Source: Camelus dromedarius (Eukaryota). Taken from it: DNA of 64,000 nucleotides. The position numbers were made by a program, and so were the translations under genes. Numbering within the stretch: the first letter of the stretch is position 1; every line of letters begins with the position of its first letter. The stretch is from contig NC_087436.1 of assembly GCF_036321535.1 (NCBI RefSeq), positions 113,152,001 to 113,216,000 on the forward strand. The letters run 5' to 3'. Under the pieces are notes generated by a model. It saw nothing but the letters and a program-made list of their open reading frames with translations, had not been told where the DNA came from and did not search any database. This document shows, piece after piece, positions 12,201 through 24,899 of this stretch.

Positions 12201-13189
12201 TGTCTGCAAGCTGGCAGCCCAGCTGGATCCACTGCTTTGGTTCGGGTATGTAGATGATCCCAGGGAGCTGCTATTATTTAAAAATTGGGAGATAAGTTGA
12301 GTGGGGCTGAGAGGTTGGTGCTCTCTCTGGGTGGGGCATGGCGGCTCCGGATATCAGGTCTTCCCCCGCTCGGCCCACTGCGTTCGTTTGCGTCTCCTGC
12401 CTGGCCCTGGAGGCCTTGATTTCTGATTCTGAGGACCTCAGGGCCAGCTCCTTACTTTGAGGAGGATGCTGTCATCTGTATGACTTCATCTGATCCTCGT
12501 GTTTCTATGACTTTTCTCAGCTGAATGAACTTGCCTGAGATCAGATGGCTGAGCGAGCTGAGATGAAATCCTAGTTCTGCAGCCTCTTTTCCCACACAGT
12601 CCCCTTCAATTTTCACAACTTGTAATATACACAGATCTCCTACCCCCCCCAAAAACAAGGCCCCGTGAGGATGTTCCTAATGCAGTGGTCTCTGGAGATG
12701 GCTCTGATAAAAGAAAGAACGTGCGAGCCTGGGAGGGGTGAGGCAATGTCTCCATGGAAGTTGCTCTTTAAGTATGAAGTTCAAGGGAGCCCTTCACATT
12801 CTGATGCTTTTGCTTTGGGACCATCATTTAAATCGTGTCCTAGGGCATTGAGAACAGCTCTTTAAGAGGCAAGCACATTTTTTTTTTCCTCTTTGCCCAA
12901 GCAGCTTTCTTCTCATCACCGTCTCCCTGTTTCCTAAGGTCAACATGCCTGTAGCTGGGGCCCCCTTCTTTAGTGAGTGTTCTCTGCTGGAAGGGTTCCT
13001 GGAATTCACTCACTGTCAGGGTGACATTTCCACATCAGAGGCCACGGGAATGAGACCATCCCACGGGAGTCTGTTCGGTAGAGCGCAAACTGCTTAAAGA
13101 TGTCTGCTTCATCCAAACAGCACACAGCCGAGCCAAAAAGGCATGCACAGCCTTCGAACGGCCATGGCCTTGAGTGTCATCGAATTCTT

Positions 13190-13530
13190 CTGCAGAAAGT
13201 CCCCCAGCTGGCCTCCCCACTTCCAGCCGTTCTCCCAAACCCTGGCCAACTTAATCCTTCTAAACCTCTGCTTCCCACATGTCTCCCTCACTCAGAAGAC
13301 TTTGATGGGTTCCCAGTTCCTCGAAAACAAAGGCATAATTACCTCTCGTATTCTGAGTCCTTCATGGTTTGAACCTTTATTCAACCCTTATCTGATTTTT
13401 ATCTCACTCCTTTCCTTCCAGAACATGATCAAACCAAGGCCTCCATCTGCAAACCTTCCTCCCCTCACCCTCTTCCCAGTCTCCACATGGGTCCATATCC
13501 TTTCAAGATCCTGTCCAACCTTCTTTCTTT
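13190..13530 (+). mobile_element. L2 LINE fragment
   Basis: Pyrimidine-rich L2-like segment 'aatccttctaaac...catgtctccctcactcagaagactttgatgggttccca'. Confidence 0.55.
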
Positions 13531-15269
13531 TGAAGTTTGAGACTTGTGACTCTCATTTTCCCTGGTTGGAAAGTGGGTTTTGATGGGGATTAAATGCACA
13601 TAAACACCCGACCACAGAACAGCTGTGGAGGAGGAAGAGACGGCCATACTTCTTCGTGGAGGTCCACGCATACTGGGACGTCCCTAGACTGAAGCTTTAG
13701 ACATGAAACTACAGATTCCAATTTCCAAGGGTTGAAATGGACACACAGCCTATAGACCCACTGGAGAATATATGTATAATATATATGTATATAGTTGTTG
13801 TTACCTTCTCCGATTCATTCATTCATTGATTCAAACCCATTCTGGGTAAACAGTAGTTTCAATCTCATTCTTCCACTCATAGCTCACTCATACACTTGTC
13901 ATATTTTCTATTCTTTATTTCTTTCTTGGTAAATGAGACTACTATGGTTCCAAAGGGGTGACTGGGAGGATGGAATGAAATAATATTCATCTAATACCTG
14001 TTAGGATGTAGGACACATGTCAGACACTCAGTGGAAACTCAGCAAACACCCCACCTCCCCTTCTGATGAATTTTGTAATCAATCCAGGACATCATAGACG
14101 GGACTCTTGTCCCAATTACCACAAATTCCCTGGACTGATTTGGTCTGAGATCCCAGCTCTGTTTGAGGTGTCTCTATTTCATGGGTGCATTGCAGGGCAT
14201 CTCTTGAATTTTTGTTAGACTAACTTTTGAAGAAACTCTGAAAATAATAACCCAAAGAAAATATTCAGCTGATCCTTCCTTTTATGGGCATGTTGGCAAT
14301 TTTTCTGTCCAAACTAAACAGTCTCTGTTCTGGTTTTACCCAATTTGATTCTCAAAGAATCTAAAACTTGTCCTGGAATGAACTTGCTGGCCAGTTTCTT
14401 TTAAAATACAATAGTAAAGTTTTTTTTTTTTTAAAAGGCAACACAGAATGTCACTGGCTCTTCTGTGTGGACATTGCATGAGCAATTTCCAGGCCTTCTG
14501 AGTGGATGGGAAAGCCATAATCTTGCTCATTCCCCCATCTGAGAGCAAGAGATAACTGATAATGATGTCTGTGGATGGCAGCCCAAACGGAAATCATCTT
14601 TGACACGGATTTCGCAGCTATTTGGAATAAATGTTATATTTTTTATTACATTTTATTCTCCTCGAAGCTAATATCCTAGAACTCAAAGCAGCTATCTGGA
14701 CCCCGTATACCTGGATGTGTGAGGAGGAAAATATTGCTTACAAATGAGTACTCATTATTTGTTTTAGGGGTAATCAAGGGATGTAGAGATTTTGTTTCAG
14801 CAAGAGAAGATGGCCAAGTGAACTGGCACGCCTTGGGTGATTTGGCAGGCAGAAGTCAGCAAGGACGACGTGTCCAGGGAAGGAGGAAAGTGCAGGCAAG
14901 TGGCCGAGAGGAACAGTGTTGAGATTGGCCATTCCTGTCCACACCCCACCGCACTTGAGCACGGAGCTCAGGACACTATGTTCTCTGATTAGGGTCAGTT
15001 GTGGGCAACCCCCATTCTGGCTGTTTCTCCATCACCTCCTTGGGCATCTGTATCAGTGATGACAGAGACCATATGCCCACCTCTCTCTAAACGGCTTCGT
15101 ACCTTGATCAAGCCCTTCTGTAGCCTCTGATACATTTTCATGTTTTCATTTGTTTCACTCCAAAGGCCTGGTGCTGGAACACCACCTTTCAGGGCATAGT
15201 TTTTGTCATTTTGCAGGTTTCGAAGGAAGCATGCAATCCTCCAAGGACTGAATTTGTGCTTCATCTGGA

Positions 15270-15510
15270 GGCATGGGGGCAGTGTAAAAAGACTGTTGGC
15301 TTTGGGGTCTTAGAGACCCAGGTCTCAATCTTGGTTTCGTCACTTACTGACTCTGGATAAACCATGGAATCTCTCAGAATCTCAGTTCCTTATCTGAAAA
15401 GTTTCCTTGTCTATAAAAGGGAGGTTGACACTTTACAGGATTTTGTGAGGATTATGAGAGGTCACTGAGTGACAAATCTGACATAGAGCAGAAAATTTAA
15501 CAAGTGGCAG
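15270..15510 (+). mobile_element. MIR SINE
   Basis: 'ggctttggggtcttagagacccaggt...ctcagttccttatctgaaaag...ttgtgaggatta'. Confidence 0.75.
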
Positions 15511-15977
15511 TTCAAATGAAGGGAGTAGTAAGGCAGAAAGCAGAGGGTGTAGCTGGTTAAGAGCCTGTGATGGACCTGAAATCATCAAGATGAAATCTAC
15601 TGTATCAGCTCCAACAGTTTTTCACTATTTCCCAAAATTTAAATGGAAGTATACAAGATATGGTAGACTTGCCTTTGGCTGAAATATGTTTAGGTCTCCC
15701 ATCTAAAAATAAACTGTTTTGCTTTTGCTAACACCTCAAGTTGTCTTTTTCACTCTTCCCTTCTGGATTCCACCACACTGGTTGAAGGATTGAGCTACAC
15801 CTGCTGTAGACTCTTCTTAGCCACTCACTTCTTTTCAAGTCTGATTTCTATGTCCACAGCTCTCCCGAAAGGTCTGTCTAGAGTCTAGAGAATTATCCAC
15901 GTGCTCACGCCATGCATACTCATCCAGCCTCGTCAGCTCTGCAGCTTTCCCCACACTGGCTAACAATTTTCTCCAAA

Positions 15978-16160
15978 GCAGCAGTTCTCAATCTTGGTGA
16001 CATATGAGAATCACCTCTAGGGCTTCAAGCAATTATTTGTGCCTGGATCCCAGCACCAGGGATTCTGATGTAATGGTCTGGGGTGCAGCCTGGGCTTTGG
16101 GAATTTTCAAAGCTCCCTTGTTGATGATTATGGTGCAGCTAAAGTTAAGAACCACAGCTA
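15978..16160. mobile_element. MER5-family hAT-Charlie MITE
   Basis: Ends 'cagcagttctcaa'...'ttaagaaccacagct'; internal 'agaatcacct' and 'gattctgatgtaatggtctggggtgcagcctgggc'. Confidence 0.8.
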
Positions 16161-16559
16161 AGACTCTCTCTCTCTCCTTTGTTTATATAATACTGCAAAG
16201 CTCTGTTTCACTTTTTTGGAATCTCTTTCAGGGTCTTACTCAAATCCTGTTCTTAGAGTGTGGTTCTGTGTAATAAAGGATGCAAGTGCTGTGATTAGGG
16301 CAATGTATAGTTGGAGCTGTTGCTATGGCGTTGCTAAAGGAAATCTGTCAATCTTGGTTAATCAGAAAGCAGATTCAAGGTATGGCTAGATGGCTTTGAG
16401 GACAGAGAGAGGAGAAGAAAAAAAGGAAGGCAGGAAGGCAGGAAGGCAGGCAGGAAGGAAAGAAGATATGTTTTATGATCCAAACAAGAACCTCATATAT
16501 CCAGTCCTTTCTCTTCTATTGACTTTCAACAGAAGTACCAAGGATATTAATCTCAGCTC

Positions 16560-16745
16560 TGATGGACTGAGTACCATGTTACAGCCTCACAACAACCTCA
16601 AGGACGTGGATACTATTATCCTTATTTTCATGTCGAAGAAATGGAGATGATGGGGAGAGTTAGTTGCCCAAGGACATCATAAGCCTAGAAAAATGGCACA
16701 ATTGTGACTGTAACTCAGGTCAGATCCTCTCTGGACTAGAATTCT
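16560..16745 (-). mobile_element. MIR SINE
   Basis: 'cctcacaacaacctcaagg...atactattatccttatttt...ttgcccaagg'. Confidence 0.7.
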
Positions 16746-18019
16746 AAATAATTGATGACAAGTCTTGGAGAACTGCTTCCAAAGTTCTACTTGAGAGATA
16801 CATTCAAACCCCTGAAGTCAGTCTCACAGGTCTCAACAGTTTCCCCTCTCCAGGGTAGGACCCTGCCATCTCTGTTTGTGTGTTTTGGTTTTAAGGTTTC
16901 TCATCTTCTGATTCCCCCAAGCCACGTCTCCTTCAGCTTGACAATGTCTCCCTTGACATTGGTGTCCAGAGTCGAGCATCACAGTGATGGTCTTAGAAAC
17001 TGCCCCATTGTCACGCGCGTCTGGGATAACAGCTGAGTCAATAACAAAAAGGAAAATCTGTGCTGATGCTTACATTTCTATGTTCAGGCGAAAGCGTTAG
17101 AAATGAGGGGCCACCTGGGTTTTCACTGGGAGGGAGTGGCTGGTTTCTCTGTAGGCTTCAGAGGGAAGGTGACAGTGACAGAAAAGAGGAAAGAGTACAA
17201 GGTAAAGGAAGATAAGGAAGTTGAGTACCTTTAGGGAAAAATAGAAAAGGATTCAGAGAAACCGTTCCTCCCTCCCTGCTCTCTTCCTACCTTCCTTCTT
17301 TCCTTTATCTGATATTTTTCTCCTACGAACCACACAGCTGTTGCTTGAACCTGCATTCAGTAAACTTACTGATTAACCGCAGATTGTGGATTTCCTTTTG
17401 CGACATCCTAGGAAAGACCTCAACTACAAATTGCCTTGATGATAGACTTGCATTCTTTACTCCCAAGACGACATTCTAAAAGCATGAGCTTTTCACACAA
17501 TACAGCCCTGGGGAGCCAGGGAGAGGTCCATCGAATATTGAAAATGCAGCTGAGTGGTGGTGAAAACAGTTGTTCCAAGGCAGGACCCAGGTCAGGGCAA
17601 GAGGAAAGGAATTCATTTGCTCTCCTGCAGCCCTTCACCCCGAGCCAGCACACCACAGAGGACACGGGTCAGTTTAAGTCTGAAAGGGCTCTGCGTTTGG
17701 CTGCCAGGAAGTGAAATTTCATGCTCAATCACAGTAACCAGATTGGGTCCTGTGGTTCACATATTTTGTTTCTCTTTCGTCTCATGGCTTTGATTTTTTT
17801 GTTTGTTCTACTTAAATTGCTTCACTTTGCACATTTCTTTTAACTTGCTTCCAATTCGGGGTGGAAGGAGCGTGCTCCCACTTATGGGGGATTCTCCTGT
17901 GTCCCAGGCCCTGTGCGCGGCACTCCCGTTCCCGGGGAGTACCCGGGGAACCACACGGGAGAAAGAGTAAATGCCAACAAACCAGAAACAGAATTTAGAT
18001 CTGAGGGGTCGTTGTGGAG

Positions 18020-18300
18020 ACGAGGACAGGAAGAAAGTAAAGAGAGAGGAGGGGACTTTGGAGAAGGCGATGGTTACAATGAAAGAGGAAGGCAGAGAAA
18101 GGAGAGGAAGAGAGAAACAGAGAAATAAGGGGAGATGCTACGAAGAGAGGGGGTTACAGAAAGTGAAGACGAGAGGCTGCGTAAAGAACTGGAGGACATA
18201 AAGAACGGTGTGGAGAGAGGGAAACGGCCCGGTGAAGTGGGCTGGGTGGGAAGAAGGGTAAGGGAGAGGGTGGAAAAGGAGAAAAAGGCAGGAGAGTCTG
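18020..18300. repeat. Purine-rich low-complexity tract
   Basis: G/A-rich composition; explains the E/R/K-rich ORFs here. Confidence 0.7.
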
Positions 18301-18321
18301 ATTTCCACGGAAGTGGGTGGG

Positions 18322-19147
18322 GTATGAAGGACTTAATGGTGTCCCCACCTCCCATATTTATATGCTGAGGCCCTAATCCCAGTGTGATTGTATTGGGAGG
18401 TAGGTCTTTAAGGAGGTAACGAAAAGGTTACCTGAGGAAAAAAAGGACACTATGAACCCATCTACAAAACACAAATGGACTCGCAGGCTTAGTAAACAAT
18501 CTTATGGTTACTAGGGAAAGGGGTAGGAGGGGATACATTTGGGAGTTTGAGATTTACAAATGTTAGCCACTGTATATAAAAATAGATTTTAAAAAAGTTT
18601 CTTTTGTATAGCACAGGGAACTATGTTCAATATCTTGTAATAACCTTTAATGGAAAAAAATGAAAATGAATATATGTATGTACATGCATGACTGGGACAT
18701 TGTGCTGTGCGCCAGAGATTGACACAGTGTAATTGACTGTACTTCAGTAAAAAAATAAAATAAAATAAAATAAAATAAAATAAAATAAAAATAAAACAAA
18801 AGAAAAGAAAAGAAAATAAGATAAAATAAAATAAAAGGTTACATGAGGTCATGAGGGTGGGGCCATATCCAACAGGGCTTGTGTCCTTAGAAGAGGAAGA
18901 CACACCACACCAGATCTCTCCCGATCTCTCTCCCTTTCTCTCTTTCTCTATTTCTGTGCCATGTGAAGACACAGCAAGACAGGGACCACCTCCAAGCCAG
19001 AAAGAGGGTTTTGACTGGAAGTCAACACGGCCAGCACCTTGACTTTGGACTTCCAGCCTCCAGAACCACGAGAAAATAAACCCCTGTGGTTGAAGCCCCT
19101 GGTCTGTGGCATTATCCTGTCATGACAGCCCCAGTGGACTAATACAA
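18322..19147 (+). mobile_element. MaLR solo LTR (MLT1A-like) split by an L1 insertion
   Basis: 'tgaggtcatgagggtggggcc', 'ccagcaccttgactttggacttccagcctccagaac' and the terminal 'gactaataca'. Confidence 0.85.
18438..18832 (+). mobile_element. 5'-truncated L1 with (TAAAA/GAAAA)n tail and 16-bp TSD
   Basis: TSD aaaaggttac(c/a)tgagg at 18422-18437 and 18833-18848; L1 3'UTR motifs as in 1-323. Confidence 0.92.
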
Positions 19148-19610
19148 GGTGTGTGGCAATGGGAAGTTAGCCGGCGAGGCCGGAGAACCACAGTTCACCC
19201 CAGCCTGCCCATCTCTGGCCGTGGGGGCAGTAACATCGATTTTAAATTTCTTCCTGCAGTCCAAGAGAGAAAAGGACACCGGCTCGCATCACATGAGTCA
19301 CTGCTGACAGTGAGGCTGTGGGCTTCATTTGTAGGCTAGTGACAAGCACAGTACCAACATTACAGGCTTGTCAGGAGCATTAAATGAGGGTTCACCTGCA
19401 TGCGTCCTGGTGTAGCAAGTGCTCCCTGTTAGCTATTGTTATTAATAGTGTGTGTGCGTGTTTGTTTAAGAGATTTTTCTGAAGGGTGAGGGCCCTTGAG
19501 ATTTCTCACATAGCAAGAAAATTAGAACTCTTTTGAAGTCTCTAGCTTATAGTGAGTTGAACCATAAGAAATTGTCATTTCTGTAGGTCGAAAACACAGC
19601 AAGTGTTTTT

Positions 19611-19632
19611 TTTTTTTTAATTGAAGTATAGT
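19611..19632 (-). mobile_element. Ultra-short L1 3'-terminal insertion with 14-bp TSD
   Basis: Insert ttttttttaattgaagtatagt is the reverse complement of the L1 end near 290-312; TSD cagcaagtgttttt at 19597-19610 and 19633-19646. Confidence 0.85.
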
Positions 19633-19649
19633 CAGCAAGTGTTTTTAAA

Positions 19650-19855
19650 ACAGGAACGTGTCATGTAAAAATTCAGATACATAGATTTTCTTGAATGATC
19701 TGAAGATCTGGCACTGTCGGGCCAAGCTACCCCTAGACACCCTGCCCTGGGGCGGGTGGTGACTGCCCACTGTAGGCGGAGCGTGCGGTTTCCACCACAC
19801 ACTTACTCACGCATGTTTCCAGCCTGGTCCTGTTGATTTAGGGACGGAGCCCCTG
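19650..19855. mobile_element. hAT-Charlie element fragment (MER102-like)
   Basis: 'aaaattcagatacatagattttcttgaatgatctgaagatctggcactgtcgggcc' and the terminal 'cccctg'. Confidence 0.6.
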
Positions 19856-20289
19856 ACGTGGTGTATGCTGTACAGCTACTCTAATGAGTCGCTGATAACA
19901 GCATGGAATGCAGGCAGAAGCTTTAGGACAGAGATGTCCATTTGTGTAAGCAAATGGCAAGCTCACTCATGCCAAACCACACATCCCAGGCTCTGAGTAA
20001 TCCAAGCCACCAGGGAGAGGCACTCTGGATTTCAATTGTTGCTCTGCTTTGACAGCGTCATGGAAACAATTTGATCTCAGCTGAAATTCCTTCCCTTGAT
20101 GAGTTTACATTCACATGCAAGTCCATTCACTGAGTATTCACTAGCCTACATTCATTCCTCTCGCTTGTACTTTTGTTTTTAGTCCCCTATTAGATGTCAA
20201 TTTGTCCAGTGAGAAGAAATCCCCTAAAACAACAAAGCCGAGGTAAAAAACTAGCTGGCCAGCCAAAAACATCAGGCTTCTAACATTAA

Positions 20290-20500
20290 CTAGCATTTGT
20301 ATTTCCCCTACTGGTTTGCAAACTTTTTCTCACATAGTATCTCACTGAACACTACCAATGGGTCCCCTGAAGTAGGGGACTAGTGTTCTCAATTTCACTG
20401 ATGAAAAAAAGCAGAGAGCTCAGAGAGTTCAAATAACTTGCCCACAATCACACAACCAGGAAGGGTTAGGGTTGGAATTGGCATACAAGGAGGTTACGAT
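20290..20500 (-). mobile_element. MIR SINE
   Basis: 'gctcagagagttcaaataacttgcccacaatcacacaacca'. Confidence 0.75.
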
Positions 20501-20534
20501 TCCCGATTCTTCATTCTTTTTAGTTAACTAGGAA

Positions 20535-20769
20535 GAAACTGGGATTTCAAAATTGTAGAATAGATAAACAAGATTATACTGTACAGCACAGGGAAATATA
20601 TACAAGATCTTATGGTAGCTCACAGAGAAAAAAATGTGACAATGAATATATATATGTTCATGTATAACTGAAAAATTGTGCTCTACACTGGAATTTGACA
20701 CAACATTGTAAAACGATTATAAATCAATAAAAAATGTTAAAAAGAAAAGAAAAGAAAAGAAAAGAAAAG
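20535..20769 (+). mobile_element. Young lineage-specific L1 3' end with (GAAAA)n tail
   Basis: Closely similar to the antisense copy at 36945-37140 ('caagatcttatggtagctcacag', 'gtgctctacactggaatttgacacaacattgtaaaa'). Confidence 0.9.
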
Positions 20770-21269
20770 CACCCTGACAGCACAGATGAAAGCAGGGTTT
20801 GCTGCAACTAAGTTTAAAAAAATAATCTGAGTGTCATAGTTGGTCTTTTTATGACATGGGTTGACTGGCAAATCTGATGCAAATTTAGCATTAAGGAAAA
20901 TAGATCATTTAAATCAGGGACCGTAACAGCTCTCTGTGCTCTGGGCTGTCACATGGTATCCAGAGCGTTAGTTAGAGCAGCTCTAGGGAGTATGGGATTC
21001 TCCCTAAGATAGCACTGATTGACGTCTACTTTCCTTCCTGCTAACCCTAGATTGGGTTCAGATTCTTGCTCAATTCAGGGCTCCGCGTGGCTGCTGCCCA
21101 TCTCAGGAAGCTCAAGTGGAGCTAACACAAGACGTGAAACTGATCCGGAATCCGGTGTCTGGGTCTGGATGTCCATTTCAAGAGGGGCTTGAATACCCTT
21201 GGTGATAGTCAGTGTCCCACACAGTGTCCAGGGGAAATTCCTCCCTGCAAGTGCTGGGAGGCCCTGGAG

Positions 21270-21540
21270 AGGGGTGCGGCGGAGGCACATGGTGGTGATC
21301 TTCAAGCATTCAAGAAGCCAGAGGACAGAGGTGGACTTCTTGCTGCTTCTAAAAGCAGAACAAGGATGAGTGGAGAAACATTAGAAAGGGCCAGACTCTG
21401 GCATAAGAAAGAACTTCCTGGTGACAGTGGTATTTTAATGGACAGGGCTGCCTTCTTAAGTGTGAGTTTTTTGTTATTGCTGGTGTTGGAGCTGAAGGTG
21501 GGGCCTGTAGTATGGATAAATTCTCAAAGTCTATTTGTAA
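21270..21540 (+). mobile_element. CR1/L3 LINE 3' fragment
   Basis: 'atcttcaagcattcaagaagcc...gcagaacaaggatgagtgga...ataagaaagaacttcct...aatggacagggctgcct'. Confidence 0.6.
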
Positions 21541-21827
21541 ACCATTTCATCTCAGACTCAAGGGCAAATAGGAGGATGATCAACAATTCTATGATATTTT
21601 AAGGACCTAACACATAAATTGTTTTCAAGAAATGAGAATTTTTAAGTCTCCAGATTATATTGGAATTATATAAAGTCACTATTTTCTGTAGGTAATGGAA
21701 TGGTTGAAGGGCAGCCATTTTCGGGGGTTCAACATAATTCATACAACGGCAAGGGGAAAGACCTGTATCACGTGGAGAAAAGGGGTGCCAGAGAAACTGT
21801 GGAGAGTTTACCATGCGTAGCTTTTGA

Positions 21828-22205
21828 GTTGTTCTGGATTGAAGTGTGCGCCCCTAAAATTCACATGCTGGCGTACTTCGGAGTGTGACATTTTTGGAGA
21901 TGAGGGCTTTAAAGAGGTACTAAAGTTAAAAAGAGGCCCTGAGGGTGGGCCTTAATTCAATCTGCCTGGATTATAAAAATTCTTAGAAGAAGAGGAAATC
22001 TAGGAACACAGAGAGGCAGCAGGGGTGTCTGCACAGAGGAAAGGCCAAATGAGAACACAGAGAGAAGGTGGCCATCTGCAAGCCAAGGAGAGAGGCCTCA
22101 GGAGGAGCCAAACCTGCTGGCACCTTAGTCTCGGACTTCTGGCTTCCGGGACACTGAGAAAATAAATTTCTGTTGTTTAAACCACTCGGTCTGTGGTGTT
22201 TGGTG
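21828..22205 (+). mobile_element. MaLR solo LTR (MLT1B-like)
   Basis: 'gagaaggtggccatctgcaagccaaggagagaggcctcagga...gagaaaataaatttctgttgtttaa'. Confidence 0.88.
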
Positions 22206-22745
22206 CACATGGGTATATGGATGTATGGGGCAGAGCAGTAGAGGTGAAGGGACAGGGAAGGGGGGCAAGAGACAGATTCTGAAAGCTCCCCTATGACTAT
22301 GCCAAGGAATAGGGTCTTTATTGTGAAGGAAAAGAGGAGATGCTAATGATCTGAGGAACTGCTATGAACACCTGTGATGTAATGGGTTGAAAATCCAAAT
22401 AATCCCTAAACTAAGATTCTGCTGATGTCAAATCAGATTTTAGAGTGAACTGGGGTCACATTTACTTCATAAGCAGTATTTTCTAAACAAATTAATGGTG
22501 CAAGAAAGAAACTAAAAAAAATAAAACAAAACAAAAAACGCTTACCAATTTAAGAGAGTAAGCTGTTTTGAGGATTTTGCAATTGACAAGACCAACTAAA
22601 GTTCTCTGACAGCTCTCAGACACCCTTAGAGCACCTCTGGTAGGATGCATTTTAAGGCAACTGCATCAACTATGGCTTCCTGTTATTGGTAGATGAGAAG
22701 GCACTAACAGTGCAAATATTTACTATTGCTCTATAATTAACTTTT

Positions 22746-22908
22746 TAAAAAATATTTCCTTTCTTCTTTTCTTTTTTTTGGTGCCAGACGTAATTAGGTT
22801 TACTTATTTATTTATTATTTATTTCCTTTTAGAGGAGTAACTGGGGATTGAACCCAGAACCCTGTGCATGCTAAGCACGCGCTCTACCACTTAAGTTATA
22901 CCCTTCCC
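22746..22908 (-). mobile_element. Camelid-type tRNA-derived SINE (vic-1-like) with TSD
   Basis: Minus strand reads GGGGAAGGGTATAACTTAAGTGGTAGAGCGCGTGCTTAGCATGCACAGGGTTCTGGGTTCAATCCCCAG (A/B boxes) then an AT-rich tail; TSD ctataatta(a/g)ctttt at 22731-22745 and 22909-22923. Confidence 0.88.
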
Positions 22909-23231
22909 CTATAATTAGCTTTTGATTAATTAGGACTAACCCCCTCCTCTTGACTCTGCAGAGGCAGATAAATTGGTGTTGGAGTTGGAGCTGTCTTCTA
23001 GCTCTGTGGCCTGGGACAAGTAATTTACCTTGCTCTCATCTTTCAAATAGGCTTAACCCTCCCTCCCTGCTGCCTTACAGATGAGTGATGAGATGGGGGA
23101 ACAAACCATGCCATGAAAGTACCACTATATCAAGCATACTCTGTTCATGGTGGAAAAAAACATCTTGACTTAAAACAAATTTAATTGGAAATGACTACTG
23201 AAGAATTAGTCAAGTGCAAGGCTCTGGATGG

Positions 23232-23273
23232 CTATTTAGAAAATAATAATTCTATTTAGAAAATAATAATTCT
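23232..23273. repeat. Perfect 20-bp tandem duplication (ctatttagaaaataataatt x2)
   Basis: Read directly from the sequence. Confidence 0.9.
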
Positions 23274-24899
23274 TTCCAGGAGTTCACGCTGCAGTGTGGA
23301 AAAGGGGTGGGTTTCAGAGACAGGCACACCTGGAGTTTAAATACCTGCCGCATCCCGTAGTGCTTGTAAGATGCTGGGTAAGAAGCTCACCTCTGTCATC
23401 TGAAAAATGGAGCCTTGGAGACAGCACATGCAAAGTACTGGCACCTCAAAGGTACTTAATAAAAAGCCTCTATCCAGCTCTGGTGGAAAACTGAGCAACT
23501 CTGGAGAGACTAGTACATCAATTATTGCAGCATACATTTCACTGACCGTTTTTGAATACCTACAGGGTATGTGACAGAATCATTCAGGTAAATAGTCATT
23601 TGTGCGTGTTCTCCACTCCCAACTTATCCCAAGAATGTCTCCTGAGTCTTGATGCTCCCTTGTTTCATGATTGTGCAGGCAGAGCAGGAAGAAGAAATTT
23701 CTTGAAAACAACACATTTTCCTTTCTTTTCTGAAAGTCCAAGCCCAAGCATATATGCTGGGGAAAGGAAGAATTAGGGACCTTGGATGGGAGATTTCCCC
23801 AGTCCCGGAGACACTGGGAGTCGGGGATCAGAGCATCTGTGAGAAGTGGAAATGCTTTCTCTATGGCCAGACCTCACAGAGGAGGGCTGTCTAGAGTTGC
23901 TCAGACACTAGGCTCCTGGTTTGGGCAGTGATTGCCAGTTTCCAAGCAGGGCTGGAAAGCAGAATCCACAGACATCAAAGGGACAGGCAATTTACAAGAG
24001 TCGGGCAGAGCTGATGGGAAGGAAGACCCCCCTGGTATTGGTGATGTAGGGGTAGGAGCCTGATAATTTCTGAAACTAAAGTTCTTGTTGCCATGAACCC
24101 TTGGAATCAGATTTAAGTTGCATTAAATAAAATGGAAACATGTGACATTTCTTGCAAGCCTGGGTTTGTAGCTTGAGTCAGAACTACTATGGTTGTAAGG
24201 CACTGGAAAATTTAAAGATGAATTCACTCCTACTCTCTGAAGCTTACCCTCTGTGGGAGCTGGCAGAAAAGTCAAAAGACTCCCTACATGAAAAACTAGC
24301 ACTCAAAGCACTGCAAGACCCTGATGTGGTTGTGCCCTGCAGGAAGAGTTCTCAGTCATGAGAGGTAGACAGATGAATTTTACAAAAGGCAGACAGTCAG
24401 GAAGATGGATAAAAATTTTCCCTGAAAAGATACATTAATATACACCCTCTCCCAATCACTGCTTGCCAATACCACTATTATACAATTGCCATAGCTGTAA
24501 ACTCATAAAACCTATGCAGACACTGAAGTTCTTTGGAAATACGATTGCTTGATATGAAAGAGAAGTCTGGACACGAGATCAAACAGAGGACCATATATTT
24601 AATATTTCCATAAAAGTGCTTGGAGTTTTATCTTCATGGGGTTTGAAAGCTGAGAAGGTCCTCAGAGGTCAACCAGCCCCTCTTGTCTCTTCCACTCCCA
24701 CCCTCTTCCATTTTACAGACTTAAATTTGGATTTAGTGAGGGTTCAAGGCTGTTGCTTTGAAAGACCGCTGTGATGGTCAAGGCTGTGATGTAGCAGGTT
24801 TAGGAGACTGGACCCAACGAGCGTCTCCATCCCTTAGGTGCCCTGCGAGCAACTACCGCTCCCTCCCACCGGGACAAAACATCACTTCCTAACTGGAGT

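Noticed and set aside
17913..18368. E/R/K/G-rich ORFs
   Set aside because: A by-product of purine-rich low-complexity sequence
22840..22908. tRNA-like sequence with A/B boxes
   Set aside because: It is a SINE head with an AT-rich tail and TSD, not a tRNA gene
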